From positions 1 to 54,396 of the forward strand of contig MEDY01000195.1 in NCBI GenBank assembly GCA_001724265.1: 54,396 nt of DNA, written 5' to 3'. The notes below the pieces were generated by a model. It worked only from the letters and a program-made list of their open reading frames with translations, made no database searches and was not told the origin of the DNA. Source of the stretch: Rhizaria sp. SCN 62-66 (lineage: Eukaryota). How positions within the stretch are numbered: the stretch's first letter is position 1; every line of letters starts with the position of its first letter. Of the stretch, positions 11,343 to 26,300 are shown in pieces. The translations under genes and the position numbers were made by a program.

Positions 11343-14300
11343 TCACTCGAACAGGACAGTGAATCCGCGCTCCTCAAGCGCCTTGGCCGACAACGGCATC
11401 GCCTTCCTGACCGCACTGGCACCCCGGGCGGCGGCGCCCACAGCAGCGTCGCCAGTGGCAGTCGCAACAGACTCGGTGTGGACGTGCACGTGCGCGTCCT
11501 CGACAACGATCTCGACGCCGTTGCTGTCGACGATCACGGCGTCTACGATGTCGGCGCGAATGAGCTGACTGGCGTCGCCGTCGGAGTCACTCACGCTGCC
11601 CGCGCTGCTCTTCGCACCCTTGGCGCTGCCCTTGCTCGGGCTCTTGGCCTTCGTAGGCTTCGCGGCGGGGAGCGCGACGTTGCTGAGCCCAATACTGGCC
11701 CACACAGGCAGCTCTTTAACCAGCACGGCCGCGCCCACCAACGGCCGCAGCGCGATCTTGGTGACGGTGAGCGGGCCCACCGCGCTGTCCACCGTCGCTG
11801 TCACAGGCGCGGGCACTGTGTGGACGGAGCAGTCCGCCGCGGGGACCGAGGCCGGGCGCGAGACCGCGTCCGCGGCCTTGGCGACGGCGGCGGCGACGGC
11901 GGCGGCGCTGAACGGCTCCGCGCCCACGGCCGGCGCGTGGTGCACGATCACGGCCCAGTTGAGCTTGTTCTGGATGGCCGCGGCGACGGCCACCGAGTCA
12001 GTGGTCACCGCCACGGCCGGGTCCGCGCCCAGCGCGAGCAGCACGGCCGTGGCGGCGTCGTCGCCGCGCATCACCGTGTCCTGCAGCGGCGCGCGGCCGC
12101 GGCTGTCGGGCGCCGAGACCGAGGAGCCCGCCAGGGAGAGCGCGCGGATCAGCGTGGCGCGCGACGGCGGGGCCGCGAGCGCAGCCAACGACGACAGCTC
12201 CAGCGGCGAGGCCGCAGTGGCAGCACCCGTGTTCGAGGCGTCGTCGAAAGCGAAGGACGTGTTGACGACAGTGGTGAGCGCTCGGAGCGAGGCGAGGTCG
12301 CGGAGCAGGAGCCGGTGGTCGAGCTCGCTCCACAGGGACACGGCGGCACGCGAGCCGGCGGGAGTGTCGTTGTCAGGATCGACGAGGTCGTCGCCGACTA
12401 CGAGTTTCGTGGAGGCGGCAGCGCGGGCCAGCCAGCGCCGACTCTCCTCGTTGCTTCCACCGGAGCCGGACTCAGGTGCAGAGTCACGCAGCCGTTGCTG
12501 TTGCTGTTGCATCTGCGCCTGCGCCTGCGTGTCGAGACCGAGGATAGCGGCCGACACGCCGCACACGGCCTCCGCAGATTGCGCGCGGTACAGTGCGCTG
12601 CCGTCGCTGAAGTTCGCGGCCGCGGCCTCCTTGGCCGCCGCCTCGGCCTCGGCCTGGGCCTCAGCCTCGGCCACCGCGGCGCTCACCGCGAGATCCATGT
12701 TGCCCGGGGCTGCCTGCGCCCGCGAGCGCGCCTCAGCCGCCACGACCGCCGCCGCAGAGCGCACACTCGCGCCACTGCCACCGCCACTGCCGCTGCTACT
12801 GCCGCTGCTATTTCCGCTGCTATTGTGGGTATTGCTGTGGGTATTGCTGAGGGCGGGCTCAGTCCAGAGCGCGACGTTGTGCGCCCAAGAGCGGCTCGTG
12901 TCGCTCCAGAGCGCGTCGGTGCCCGCAGCAGGGGCGCCGGCGGCGAGCAGGATGGCCGCGGCCACGGCGTTGCGCGAGCGCAGTGCGATGATAAGCGGCG
13001 TCTGTCCGTCCAGGTCCGGCGCGTGCAGGGCCGGGGCGCTGCGCCGCATGCGCGTGGCCGCCTCGCCCGTCGCCGCAGCCGTGTGGCCCGTCTGTAGAAG
13101 CGGGGACGCCACGAGGCGCGCGGCCGCCGCGGGGGACAGCGGTTCTGCGCTCTCATTGGTGCGCATGCCGAAGTTTCCGCCGAAGATGTTCCCCGCGCTC
13201 TCGTCGTCCGTGTCCGGGACAGCGCCGTCGGCGTCGCTGGTGTTGGCGTACACAAAGTCGAGGAGGAAGCGCAGCAGCACGGGGTCGTTCCAGCGCGCGG
13301 CGGCGTGCAGCAGACGGCTGCCGTCGACCTGCGAAGGCTGGCTCGCCGCCGCGGCCAGCGACGCGCGCACCGCCTCGGCCATGCTCGCGGGCGCCGGCGC
13401 GCGCGACACCGGCGCGGCCGAGTCGCTGGCGGCAGAGTCAGCAGCAGGAGCCATGTTGCCGTTGCCGCGACGGCTGCTCTTACCCCTGTTCCTCTTGCTC
13501 GCGGTCGCGTCCGAACCCGGCGGCGGAATGAGGCTGCTCGTCTCCTTGGCGTGCAGCTCTAGCAGGACCTTCCTGCGCGCGCCCACCCCCATCAACGACA
13601 CGGGCGCCAGCAAAGCCCAGTGGAATGGCTTCACCGACGGCGACTGCGACGACACCGACGACGGTGACGAGGCCCACGTGTTCGGCCCAGCAACAGCGCC
13701 GCCAAGCTTGCCCCGGCGCGCGCTGCCGGGCCCGCTGGTGCTGCAGTCAACGAGCGCGCGGAGCGTCGGGTGCGCACGCATGGCGGCCCGCTCGCGCAGC
13801 GCCCAGGGCAGCAGGCGGTCGACCTCGGTCCACTGCTCCCACGCCACGCTGCCGTCGTCGTAGCTCTTGTAGTAGTAGTTGGCGGGCGAGGGCTTGTAGA
13901 TGCTGACGCCGCCGCTGCTGTTGAGCGGCACGGGCGGCCGGCGGACGACTGTGATCGCGGTGCCGTCGTTGCTACGGAGACTAGTGGTACGGCTGCGCGC
14001 CGAGGGCTTGACACTCGCAAAGGAGGATACGTACTCGTGAGTCTCAGCAGCGACAACACTGCTGTACTCGGACGCGGGCTCAGTGTCCGTCTCCGTCTCT
14101 GTCTCAGGCAAGGTAGGCTCAAACTCAGCCACGGCCCCAGCATCGGACTTCACCGCGTCACTGCCAATGCCGCTGCTGCTGCCGCTGGCTCTGATGCCGG
14201 TGGAGTTCGTGCTCTCGCTGCTGCCCTGTCCGAGGAGCTTCATCTGGTCGGCAGCGTCACCGCCACCCAAGCCGTCAGGACGCAGCGCCAGCGCGGCGAC

Positions 14301-17300
14301 GAGGACCGCACCGCGGGTGGCGGCGCTGGCTGCCGCGGCGGCGGCCTCGCGGCTGAGCATGAGGCGGTGCGGCAGCTCGGCGCCGAGCACGCCCGCGCTT
14401 ACGCGATGCGCGCCGGCGACGCCCACGCGCCGCGTGTCGGGACCCGTGACCGTGGGCACCGAGCCCAGCGCGCGCAGCGTGGAGCGTCCGGCGCGCGTCT
14501 CGGCGGCGGAGAGCACGGCCAGCGCCGCGGCGCGCGCGGCAGAGACCACGACCGCGTGCTTCGCGCCCTGCGCGCGGAGGCGCTGCTGCGTGGCGCGGGC
14601 CGCCGCGCGGGCCAGGTGGTTCACGTTCACGAGGCCAGAGTCGGCGCCGTCGGAGACGTTGGACTTCCACTGCGGAGGCAAAACAACAAAGAAATGCGAG
14701 CGAGATGCAATAAAGTTGTGAGCAGTGTGACGGGGAGATACAACACGATGTTTGCTTAAGGACTAAAAGATACGCATTACCAGGAAATTGGATAGAAGAC
14801 ATCGATAACAGGTCATTTCAGTGAGAGGATATGCGTTTCAACAATACAAGTGTGATATGATGCGATGCGATGCGAGTCCGACGTACGAGGTTGATGACGT
14901 CCGAAGCGGCCGCCATGGCGGACTCGGACATGTCGACCAGGTCGCTCATGACCGAGGGCGCCGAGCTCGCGGTCGCCGGGGGCATCATCTTGGTCACCTC
15001 GGCGTAGAAGCGCTGCACGACCTCGGGGTTCTGCGCCTGGATGCGCTCGAGCCCGTCGACGGCGGCGGCGTCGCCCGCCGCGTCCGCGGGCGCGTCGGCG
15101 TCGCCCCAGGGCTCGGCGAGCGCGGAGAGCGGCACGCCCGTGCTGCGGCTGATGCGGCGCAGCTGCGTCATGGAGAAGGGCATCGAGCTGTGGCCGTGGT
15201 TGTCGTCGCTGCTGGGACGCTTGCTGACGCCAGGGCCGCTGGCGCCGGCGATGGCAAGGCTGTTGCCGCCGGCGGGACCGCTCTTGCCTTCAAGCAAGTG
15301 CTGCTGCTGCTGCTGCTGATGCGGGAGCTGGTCGAGCCGCTGCGCGGGCGCGCGCGCCTGGAGCTGCGTCTGCGCGCGGCCGGCGAGGCGGATCACGTTG
15401 CTGATGGCCGTGCGGAGCACGCGCTTGTGGGTCGCCTCGAGCCGGTGGTAGTTGAGCATCGACGCGATCGCGCTGTCGCCGCGGCGCGGCGGGCTGAACC
15501 AGCTGCCCTGCGACGACTGCGCGCCCTCACCCTCGTCTGCGCCCAGACCGGCGCCGGCGTTCATGCGGAGGCGGGAGGAGCGCGCGCCGGCAATGCCGCG
15601 CGCGCTGGCGCTGTGAGCCAGCTGACCGTGGCCGTGGCCGTGGGCGAAAGTGTCGCCGCTCTCAGTGATGGTGATGGTGTGGGCGTTGGGCCGCAGCGCC
15701 GAGGTGGGCGGCGTGCGCAGCGGGAACGAGACAATATTGAGGCGCCGCGCGAGTTCCTCGGGGATGGCGCGCGCCACCACCGAGCTCCCGACATGCGGCT
15801 GCGCCTGTGAGCCCGCGCCCGCGGCGGCCGCGTCGGGCGGGACGTCGGCGCCCGCGACGGAGACGTACTGCGCGGCCACCCGCAGCTGGTGCTGCTCTTG
15901 CTCGTCCAGCAGCTCCTGCGTGAGCGTCGGCAGCGGCATGCGCAGCAGCGGCCGCGACTGCAGCAGCGACGCCGACGACGCAGGCGACGCAGGCGCGACG
16001 CCAGCACCAGCAGTGTCGGCATGCGCGTGCGCGTGCTTGCCCGCGGTCTCCGACTCCCTCGTCACCGCCTCCTTGATACCTCCTTCCCGCTCGGCCTCGG
16101 CCTTGGCCGCGGCCTCGTCCGCCTCGACCTCGGCCTTGCGGCGCGCGGCCGTCACGGCGGCGTTCATCTGCAGCGCGAAGAGCGTCACGCGAGCGCGCTG
16201 CTGCTCCTCCCTCGTCACGAACGCGGCGTTCTTGTTGGGGAAGATGAAGTAGTCGCCGAGGCCAGCGTGTGCGCTCAGGTCGCCGGCATCCAGACGCCGC
16301 GCCGTGTTGGCCAGCGAGCGGGTGCGCACGGCCGCGTCGGCGGCGAAGGCGGCGGCAAGCACGGCCGAGTCCTCCGAGCCGCCCGTCTTGGCGCAGCCCT
16401 TCTTGACCTTATCGCCCTTCTGACTCACAGCGTCGCTTGCGTTGGCGTTGCCGTTGTTGTCAAGGAATGAGAACGAGTTCCACATTTGCATGACTTCCTG
16501 ATCGCGGCTGCGCACAGCAGGCACGCCGGCGGCCCCATTACCGTCGACAGGCGCGTCCGCGTTGGGACCCAGAGCGGTTTCGGCCGCGCTGTGCGCGTCG
16601 ACAAACGTGGCCGGCGTCGCCGCGTCGTGGTCCGAGACCTCATCCCCACTGTCTGCGTCGTCCTCGTCCGCGTTGCTGCTAGTGCGCTCGCCGGCGGCGA
16701 CGTGCGCCGACAGCCGCTCCGCGAAGCCGCGCAGCACGGCCTCCCTGAGCGCGTTCTCGTAGAGGTGGTTCACCGTCACGCCGGCCTCGGTGCGCATGCC
16801 GCCCGTGGAGACGCGCATGCCCGACCCCGAGCGCTGCGCGAGCGAGACCCACTCACCGCCTACGTACGGCGTGGAAAATGGGGTGAACCGAAGCCGCGCC
16901 TGCTGCGGCTTCGACGCTGGGATGGCGTCGTCCGCACTCGCACTGCCTTCCAGCGCGTCGGCGTCAGCGTCGGCGTCGGCGTCCCCGACAGTCGCGGTCG
17001 CGATCGCGGCCACGGTCGCGCCGAGCCTGTCTTGGTAGCGCGTCGCGGCGAGCGCGGTGATGTTGCGGGCCACGGTCGGCGCGTGCTGGTCCAGCGCCGC
17101 CCCGAGCGCGCCGGTGCCGCGCCGCAGCTCCGCCAGAGTGACCTCGCGCGCCAGCTCGTCGCGCGCGCTGGAGCCCGTCCTCGCGCCGGCCGCGGCTGCG
17201 GTGGAGGGGTCGAGCGCGGCCAGCATCCCACCGGCGCTCACGGGCGTCGCCGCGGCCGCCGCAAACTGCGTCACCAGGCTGCCGGCGACGAAGGCCCGCG

Positions 17301-20300
17301 AGACCAACGACGCGGCATCGCGGCCGCAGTCGCTGCCGCGGTCGCGCCTGTCCTTGTCGCGAAAGTCCGCTGCAGTCGTCCTGCTGCTGCGCGTGTTGCG
17401 GGCGCTGCGCTCCTGGGCGAGGAAATCGGCCTTGGCTTGCTCGGCGACAGCGCGCAGCACGTGCCACAGCGCGCGCCGCGCGCGCACGGAGCTGGCGCGC
17501 GGCACGGCGTGGCGCTCGCCGTGGTAAGCCAGCGCGGGCAGCTGCTGCCACAGGTCGCCCATCGTCTTGACCGTGCGCGCCACCGCCGCCACCGCCGCGC
17601 CGTGCTGCTCGGAGGCCGCCGCGGCGCTGCCGGGCGCCCCATCGGCCTCGGTGGCAGCCGCCCCCGCAGCGCTGACGCCGCCGCTGGCGCTGGCGGCGGA
17701 GCTGGAGGTGGCGCTCGTGGTGTCTGCGGCGGTGTTGACGCGGGCGAGCGCGACGAGCAGCGCGGCGGGCACGGGGTCGGCGGCGTCGGGCAGCGGCGCC
17801 GCGATGCTGCTGCGGCCCAGGCAGCGCTGCACGTGCGAGAGCAGCGCGGGCGAGTCGGCGTCGATGGCGGCCGCGATGACAGGCGCGTAGAGCGCGGTCA
17901 GCACCGAGCTGCGCCCGGGCGCCTGCGGCAGGTCGTAGGCCGCGCCGCCGTTGACGCGCGCGGTCAGCACGGCGGTGACCGCGTCCGGGGACAGCGCGCT
18001 CACGAGGCCCACGGCGCCCACAACGGCGGCGGGGGCGGCGGCGGCGGGCGGCGCGGCGGGCGCGCTGTCACCCGACTTATCGCCAGCGCTGTCGCCAGCG
18101 GTGGCGGTGGCATCGGCGCTGGTGGCCGGAGTTGCAGTCGCGGTGCAGTCAGCGCCGAGGTACGTGGCCTCGACGTGCGCCTTGTAGAGCCGGTACCGGC
18201 TGTCGAGCACTTCGTACTGCAGCAGCACGGCGTTGACGCGCGGCGTCACGACCTCCTCCAGCAGGGCCATCGCCAGCAGCGGCATCTTGCGCTCCAGCGC
18301 CGCCGTCTTGAACAGCCGCACGCCCGCCGCCAGCGCGTGCACGGGGCAGCCCAGGTGGTCCGCGCCGCCGACTGTGTCGGCCACGGCCGCGCCCGCCGCG
18401 CCGACGCCGGCGTCGCGGGGCGGGCGCACCAGCTCGCCGTGGCTCTCAAGCAGCGAGAGCAGCAGAGACTCGGGCGCGCCGTGTGTCAGCGCGATCTCGA
18501 ACAGGTTCCGCGACGGCGCGCGGTGCGCCGTCAGCGCCTCGTCCGCGCCGTCGTCCGCGGCACCGTCCACGGCGGCCTCGGCCGACAGTAGCAGCTTCGG
18601 TGGCAGAGGGCGGCCGGAGATGCGCGCGATGTCGAGTCCGAGCCTACGAGGGAAAGGAAAGGGCAGAATATCACAATAGAATATAAAGTCAAGGGTGAGA
18701 TTATCAATATATTCAAACAAAACAAATGAAAGACAACAAAACAACATTACCAGATTTCTTAGTTTAATTTTGATGAGATATTCTTGCTCACTATCAAAGT
18801 GGTATTCCGTACCTTGCGCCGAGCACGGCCGAGCCCGCGGCGGCCGCCGGCAGCCGCGCGCTGTCGAGCGCGGGCCGCGGCGCCTCGGGCGGCGGACACA
18901 GCGGACTCAGCACCGCGAGCCAGGGCGCGAGCCACCAGCCCTGCGCGTCGCGCACGGCCGTCCGCGGCGGCGCGTAGGGCGCGGTGGCGTTGGCGGGGGC
19001 GAGCAGCGCGACGCGCGACATGCCGCTGCGCGTCAGCAGCGGCGCCGAGTCCGAGGTCGCCGTCGTCCCCGTGGTCGACGACGCGACCGACGTCGACGTC
19101 ACCGACGCCGCCGCCGTCTCCATCGAGTTGAAGATGCGGCTTAGCTTCTCGGCCTCGGTCCAGCGGCCCAGCGCGAGCGCGGTGAGCAGCGCCTCGTAGG
19201 TCTGCGAGCGCGGCGACGGGCTGTGCGGCGAGTAGTAGAACCGGTGGCTCGGCGTCGGTACCAGGAAAAAGTCGATAAGCTGTGACAGCGCAATGTCGTC
19301 GACGGAGCTCGCCACGACCGTCGTGTCCGCGTTGCTAGACGCACTCGTGGCCGGGCTAGTATGACTGCTGCTGCTGCTGTCGAGCTGGTGCAGTTGTGAG
19401 GGAGCGACCGCGGGCCAGGCGGGAAGTTTGGCCGCCTCGAGCGCCTGGTGCCTGGTCTCGACGAACCCGTCGGCGAGCGCGGTGCGCAGCACGGCCAGCG
19501 CAGCGCGCGGCAGCAGGCGCAGATACGCGACGAGGCGTACGAGCATGGCCTGACGCTGGACGGTGGACAGGGTGATCCACCAGATGGGCGCCGCCGCGAC
19601 GGTGTCGGCGGCCGGGTTCACCCAGCCCGAGAGCCCGGGTGTGATGTCCACCACCGTGAACTCGGGGCCCAGGCGAGTGAGGATGGCGCTGGAAAAGACG
19701 GCGTTGCGCGGCGCGAAGAGCACGGCGTCGTCGTCGGGCAGCGCCGCGCTCAGCGTGAGGTTCGCGCCGGCCTGGCTCGCGCCGCCGCCGCCGCTGCCGG
19801 GGACGCTGAGACTGTCGCTGGTGGGGGGACTACTGCCGGACGCGGCGTCGCTGCCGATCAGGTCGATGCCGAGCCCAAGGCCCTCGCCAGCGGACGCCGC
19901 GGTGGACACGGCGGCGGGGCGCGCCATGGGCCGCATGCCCTGCGCCGACATGGACGCCGCCGAGCGGTTGCTGTAGAGCAGCGTCGTCGCGTCGAGCGCG
20001 CGCAGCAGCGAGAGCGTGTTACGCCAGCCCGCGCTGTCGGCCAGCAGTGGCGGCAGCGGGCTGCTCAGCTGGACCGGGTCGTCGGCCGTCGACCCGCCGC
20101 CGTCGAGGGCCGCGGCGATGGCCGTCAAGGTGCGCTGCGCGGCCGCGGCCGCAGCAGAGGCGCGGTTAAACGCGCTTGCAGCGCCGCGCGTGCCGCAGGC
20201 GGCCTGCGCCGCAGCCTCGGCGTCGGAGATCATGATCGCGCGCGAGAGGTCGGGCTTGGGGACGCCCGGGAGCGTGGTCTCGGTGTTGAGAGAGCGCATC

Positions 20301-23300
20301 GTGGCAGTGAGGTGGTACGAGTTGAGGTGCGGGGCTGCCAGAGAGGCCTGGGCGGGGTAAAGTGAAATAAGCGGCAAATCGTGAATGAAAAATAACGTTG
20401 TGAGAAAGTGGAGGATTGTGACATGAGATGTGAAGTAAGAGAGACATTGAAATATTAAAAATGCACAACACAAGCTTTGATGAACGTACATAGATGGCCG
20501 GGACGAGGACGCTGATGACGTCGGAGCGGTTGAGCGAGACGGCGAGCCTGATGCTGCGCGACATCCTGGTGAGCTCGAACTGCACCGGCAGCACCTGTCC
20601 GGCCGCGAAGCCCTCGACGGTGAAGGGAAGCGGCGACGTGATCTGCGGCGACAGCGCCAGCGGCAGGCGCATCACCGAGGACCTGAGCTTGTAGCGGCCG
20701 ACGGCGCGCCACACGCGCACGAGGCGTGGGTCGAGCTGCGCCGCGCGTGCCACGGCGTCGGCGGCCTCCTCGGCAGGGGTCAGCGCGGCCGTGCCGTTAA
20801 GTACCGCAAGCAGCTCGCCCAGCGTTGCCACCGGGCTGTCCAGGTTTGCCTGCAGTCCGCTGACGCTGTCGCTCCCCGCGCTGTCCCTCGCGTCGGCTGC
20901 AGCACGCGGCGACTCATCGATGTAGAAGTAGTTGCTCAGGCTATTCATGAACCGCTTGAGCTCCCGCTCGAGGAACTCCTTGCTGTTGCTGATGCGGATG
21001 GCCTCCTGCGCAGCCGCCGTCGAGGCGCCCTCCGGCGAGGAGTGCTGCGCGGCGAGCGTGCGGTAGAAGACGTGCGCCGACTCGTCGCACGCGGCCGCCA
21101 TCTCGCGCGACAGCCAAAAGGCCAGACTCATGCCACTGCCGTTGTCGCTCGACACGCTCGACACTGTGCCGCTCTCTGCCTTGGCGGTGCCTTTGGTCTC
21201 CGTCGCGGTGGGCGTCGAGGGCCGGTAGTAGTAGCTCGGCGTGCGGTCCAGGCGCTCGGCGCCGCGCGCGGGGTTGCGGTGCAGCAGCAGGTACGGCATC
21301 AGGCGGTCAGGGACGCTGGCGACACCCGAGTTCCGCTCCGGCGCGCCCACAGCACCGGCACTGCCAGTCTCGGTCTCGTGCTCCGCGCCCGCGCGCGCGC
21401 CCGCCTTAGCGTTGGCGAGGTTGCGGAACACGAGGGACTCGAAGAGCTGCTGCCCGCTCGTGTGTGCGGATAGCTCTGTCGTTTCACGCCGGGAAAAAAC
21501 CAGGGGCGCGGGATACTTTAAGTTAGGCCGCACGCCCACAGTCGCAGGAAGGCGTGAGTCGCCCGTCAGCTCGCAGGTGACAATCGAGCCAGGCGCGGCG
21601 CCGAGACTGCGGCTGTAGGCGTTCGCGCGGTTCATCGGGATGTTGACGCGCACAGACGTCTCCAACTCCCACATGGCGCGCCTCTCGCCCTTAGCCTGGG
21701 ACTGGGGGATCGCGTAGCCGAAGACGCCGGTGAGGCGGCCCCAGGCGTTCTCGCGCTCCAAGGCGCGGCGGCGGTCATCCCACAGCACCACGCTGCCGGG
21801 CGCGCGCGCGTGCGCCGCCGCGCTGCCCAGCCCGAACGCCAGCGGCTGCGGCGACTGCTGCTTGTGGAGCTGCTCTGCGGCACTGGTGCCGAAGAGCAGC
21901 GCCTCGCTCTCCGGCGGGTAGGTGCCGCCGAGCAGCCCGCGGAACAGGCGCGGGTTGGCGCGCGCGCGGTCGGGCGCGGGGTGCGAGGCGTGCCACACGC
22001 ACGCGATCGCGTTGTTGGCGCGGTACTGCGCGTCGAGCGTCGTGAACTGCGACCGCGCGTCGTTGAGCACCACGCGCGCCGCGATGTCGTAGTACGGCAG
22101 CCGCGGCAGCGGCACCACCGGCTTCTTAGAATGGAAGAACTGAGTCTGCTCTTCGTCATTCTCCTGCTCTTGCTGCTGCTGCTGGGCCGCGTCGGCGACG
22201 AGCGCCTTGACGGTGTCGACGGCGGCCACGGTGGACTGCAGCAGCCCCGTCTCGGCGTCCACGGTCACGGCCAGCGGCGCGTCGCGCTGCAGCCCCTCGG
22301 CGTAGAGCGCCACGGCCAGTGGCTCGCCGAGCGGCAGGTTGACCTGCATGACGCGCGTCTCGGTCGTGTGTTCGGTACCCAGCACGGCGGGGCGCTCCAT
22401 GCAGCGCGACATGAGCATGCGCAGCCCGTCGCCGCCGTCGTCGTCGGCGTCCACGCCGCCGCCGCCCTTATTGGTGTTCGTGCCCAGGCTGCCGCCCGTG
22501 GGGCCGCCGCGCGCGCCCGAGGCAAGCTGGTCGACGCGGACGGCGAGTGGGAGCCGGCGGAACACGGCCGTGAACTCCTCCATGAGGTCGGCGCAGTAAA
22601 TGGACGAGACGAGCTTGAGCAGCGTGCGCGACGGCAGCGTCGGCCACGGCGGCGGCGAGGCCGACTGGAACATCATGCTTGAGCCCGACGACGACGCTGT
22701 TGAAGACGGCAGCGCCGACAGAGACGCCGCGCCGTCGCCGTGGTCGCCGCCGGCCCCGGCGCCGTAGTCCTGGCTCTGGCTGCCGTGGCCGTAGCGGCTG
22801 ATGGACTCGGTGAGCGTCGACACCGCGAGCGCAATGCGCGTGGCGGCCGCCAGGGCTTCGCGCTCGTCCGCAGTGACCGCGAGCGTCACAGGGTGGTAGC
22901 CATGCCGGTGCCGGATCGGCATCGACAGCGAGCTCGGCGCCGTGGCCCATAGGCGAGTCAGCCACGTCGGGCTTGACGCCAGCAGACTCGCCTCACACGG
23001 GCCGGGGACGCGCGCCGCTGCAGCGGCCGCAGACTCCGCGGCGTCACCGGAAGCGTTCGCGTCTCCAGCGCCATGATGCGCGCGCCGCTGCTGCGCCTCA
23101 GCTTCGGCGGCGGCGGCCGCGGCGGCGACGGCGGCGATAGTCTCGCTGGCCGTCTGCACCGTGCGCTCGACCTCAACGGGCAGCACGGGCGCGAGCCGCG
23201 TCTTGGCGCCGCCTGCGTTGCGCACGCGCTCGGGCAGCAGCCGCTGGTGCTGCGCGGGCGGCGGCAGCGGCGGCGTCGCCACGGGCGTGCGCACGCGGAG

Positions 23301-26300
23301 GCGCCGCGCGAGCATCAGCAGCATGGGCGGGATGGTGAAGGACGACGAGGGCAGCGGCGCGAGCGGGTCCGCAGGGCGTGCAAAGAGCACGGCGGCCACG
23401 GCGGCGGTGCGCGCCGTCTCGGCCGCGGCGGGCGAGGCCGCGCGCGAGAGCGAGAAGGCCAGCAGCGCGTTGATGCCGGCGTCGGTGCGGTCGTAAGCCT
23501 CCATCTGCTGCAGCGTCGCGCTGCCCGCCTCGCCGAGCTGCCGCTGCTGCCTCTGCAGCCGCAGCAGCCGCAGTTGGCGCCGCGCGAGGGCCAGGTACTC
23601 TGTGAGGTTGAGCATACCGCAGTCGGTGGTGTTGACGACGGCGTTGTTGCTCTCGGCGACGGTGCCGGTGTGGACGCGCAACACCAGTGAGTCGGGCGCC
23701 TCGCCCTGCGGCCCCAGCACTAGCGACCGCCCGTGCGCAGAGGCGCGGTGCAGCGACGCGTAGTGCAGGTCGCGCTCCAGCCGCGCGCGGTCGCCCGCGG
23801 GCAGCGCCGACAGCACAGTCTCGGGCTCGGCCTCGGTCTCCGCCTCGGCCTCGGCGTCTTTGCCGTTGCCTTTGTCGTTGCCGTTGCCCTCGCCGCTGCC
23901 ACCCTTGCTCTTGCTATTGTTCTTGCTCTTGCTCTTGCTCAGGGGCTTGCGCGCGTTGACCGCGGCGACGAGCGTGTCGACGTCGACGTCGCTGTGGATA
24001 TACGACACGATCGGCGGCGCGCTGGTGATCACGGCGGCGCGCGCCAGCTCCGCGGCCTCGAGGTAGCGGCATGTGCTGAAGTCGACGCTCACCACGGGCC
24101 CGCCGCTGGCGCCGCCACTCTGGGCAGACGGGCTCGGCAGAGACAAGGACTGGCCGCTGCTCACAGCGAAGGCAGTCTCGTCCGTGCGCGCGCCGGCGGC
24201 ACCGGGCAACTCGACGCCGACCGCCGGGATGTCGCTGCTCGCGTCCTCAGCGGCCGCGGGGCTAGCGTTCGCAGAGGCGGCGCCAGAGTTGGCGTTCGCG
24301 GAGGCGGCGCCAGAGGCGGCGGCGCTGGCTGGCTCGGCCATGTAGCCGAGCGCGAGCGCCCAGGCCTCCCAGCACCACGTGAGCGCGTGCGCCATGAAGT
24401 CGCCCACCTCGCCCTGCCTGCGCGCGTCGAGCCCGCTCAGCACGCCCGTGCCCGCCACCACGGGCCGCGCGTACTGCGGTGCCTGCGGCGGCTGCGGAGA
24501 CGTCAGGGATGACTGCGACGGCGATGACGTCAATGCGCTCGTCAGTGCGCTGGCGTTTGCGGCGGGGGCCGGGCTGATGCCGTCCGCGTCCACGGTATCG
24601 GGGCGGGGGGCGGGCAGGCCGCGGCGCGCGCGGGGCACGGCGGCCCTGAAGGGCAGCGCCAGAGGCACGGGCGGCCAGCGCGGCACGACGGGCAGAAAGC
24701 GGCCCGCGCCCGCGGCGCCGAACGAGACCGGGCTCGTGGTCGACAGCGTCGCGGGCGCGGCGCCGCTGGGGCTGAAGGGCGCGCTGGCGGCGGTGGCGTA
24801 GATGGACACGGCGGCGCTGCCGTCGGCGTCGCCGCGGCCCTCCCAGGCGAGCGGATGCGAGTGCAGGTGGCTCAACACCACGGACCCGCTGCTGCGCGAC
24901 AGCAGCGTCGTCGCGCGGGCCGCCGCGATCGCGCCCAGCATCGTCGCCGTTGCAGTCGGGGGCGGCGTCGTCACTGCGGGCCTGTCCGAGTCAGCGGACT
25001 CGGCCGCAGCCGTCGAGCCGCTGTCGCCAGCGCCAGCGGGAGCGCGGGCGCGGGCGCTGGCGTCTGCAGTCGCGGCGGGGGGAAGGGCGGGTGCGCTCTT
25101 GTGGCTGACCAAGCTATCGCCAGTGCTGCCGACGCTCTGCAGTGTCTGCAGCAGCACCTTGTGCGCTTCGGTGCCTGCGGCGAGGCTGCGGTCGCTGAGC
25201 AGCTCCGCCTCGGTCACGGCGACCGGCGGCAGCGGCAGCGGCGGCGGCAGCAGCGCCACGGGCGCAGTCACGCGCGGCGGCACCGGCGGCAGCGCGGCGT
25301 CGCGGCTGCCGTAGAGGCGCGCGTAGGTCCGCCGCAGCCGCATGCGCAGCGCGATCTCGCCGGCGCTGTTGTAGCCGTTGTAGTCAGTGTTGACCAGGGG
25401 CGAGTAGGCCGAGTCGGGGGGCAGCACGTCGCCGTCGCCGTCGCGGCCGGCGCCCTTGCGCCCGGGGGCAGCGGTGTCGAGCCCGGTGACGATGCGCAGC
25501 GTCTCGTCGATGTCGCGCAAGACTTCCTTGGCGTGCGCGAACGCCGCGCCGCTGAACGAGACGAGTGGAGGTGAAAACAATCAAGGATCAATGAGCGAAG
25601 GTATTTGTCACATATGGCATGGACATAGGATTTTACAATTTTAGACTGAATACAGGACGCGTTCATGTCTTTCTGCGACGTACCGAGCGTAGGCGTGGTT
25701 GACGTTGCGCTCGAGCTCCATGACGCTGGAGAGGTTCGCGAAGGCGCGCACCAGGCCTGGGGCGCCGAGGGCGACGGCGTCGGCCAGTGCGGGCGTGTAC
25801 TGCTGCGCGGGGATGAGGCCTGTGGTGGCGTCGATGCCGAGACACTCGGGGGAGTAGGCGCCCGCGCCCAGGGCCGTCTCGGGCCTGCGGGCCGAAAAAA
25901 GAGCAAGCAACGATTAACCAAATTAAGACATACAAATGAGTACCTCGAATGCACAGATCAATAAATCACATCGAATTTAATTGATACAACAAATAAATAG
26001 AGGAACAACACATATTTATCTTAGATATCGAAAATATGTAAGTCTAAGTCCAAGTTGCACGTACCTGATGCCGCGGGCGACGGCGAGGCGCCGGTGGAGA
26101 ATGTGCGCGGGCGCAAAGAGCACGTACTCGGGCGAGAGCATCGTCTTGAGGTTCCGGTTGGCGTACCAGCTGTTGGTGGCGCTGGTCTCGAGAAGGCGCG
26201 CCTTGGCGGCGCGCGAAATGCGGTAGGGCCGGCCGTGGTTGACTGGCGCGATGAGTCCGTGCGTCGACGGCGTGCCGGGTGCCAGCTCGAAGGCCGACGT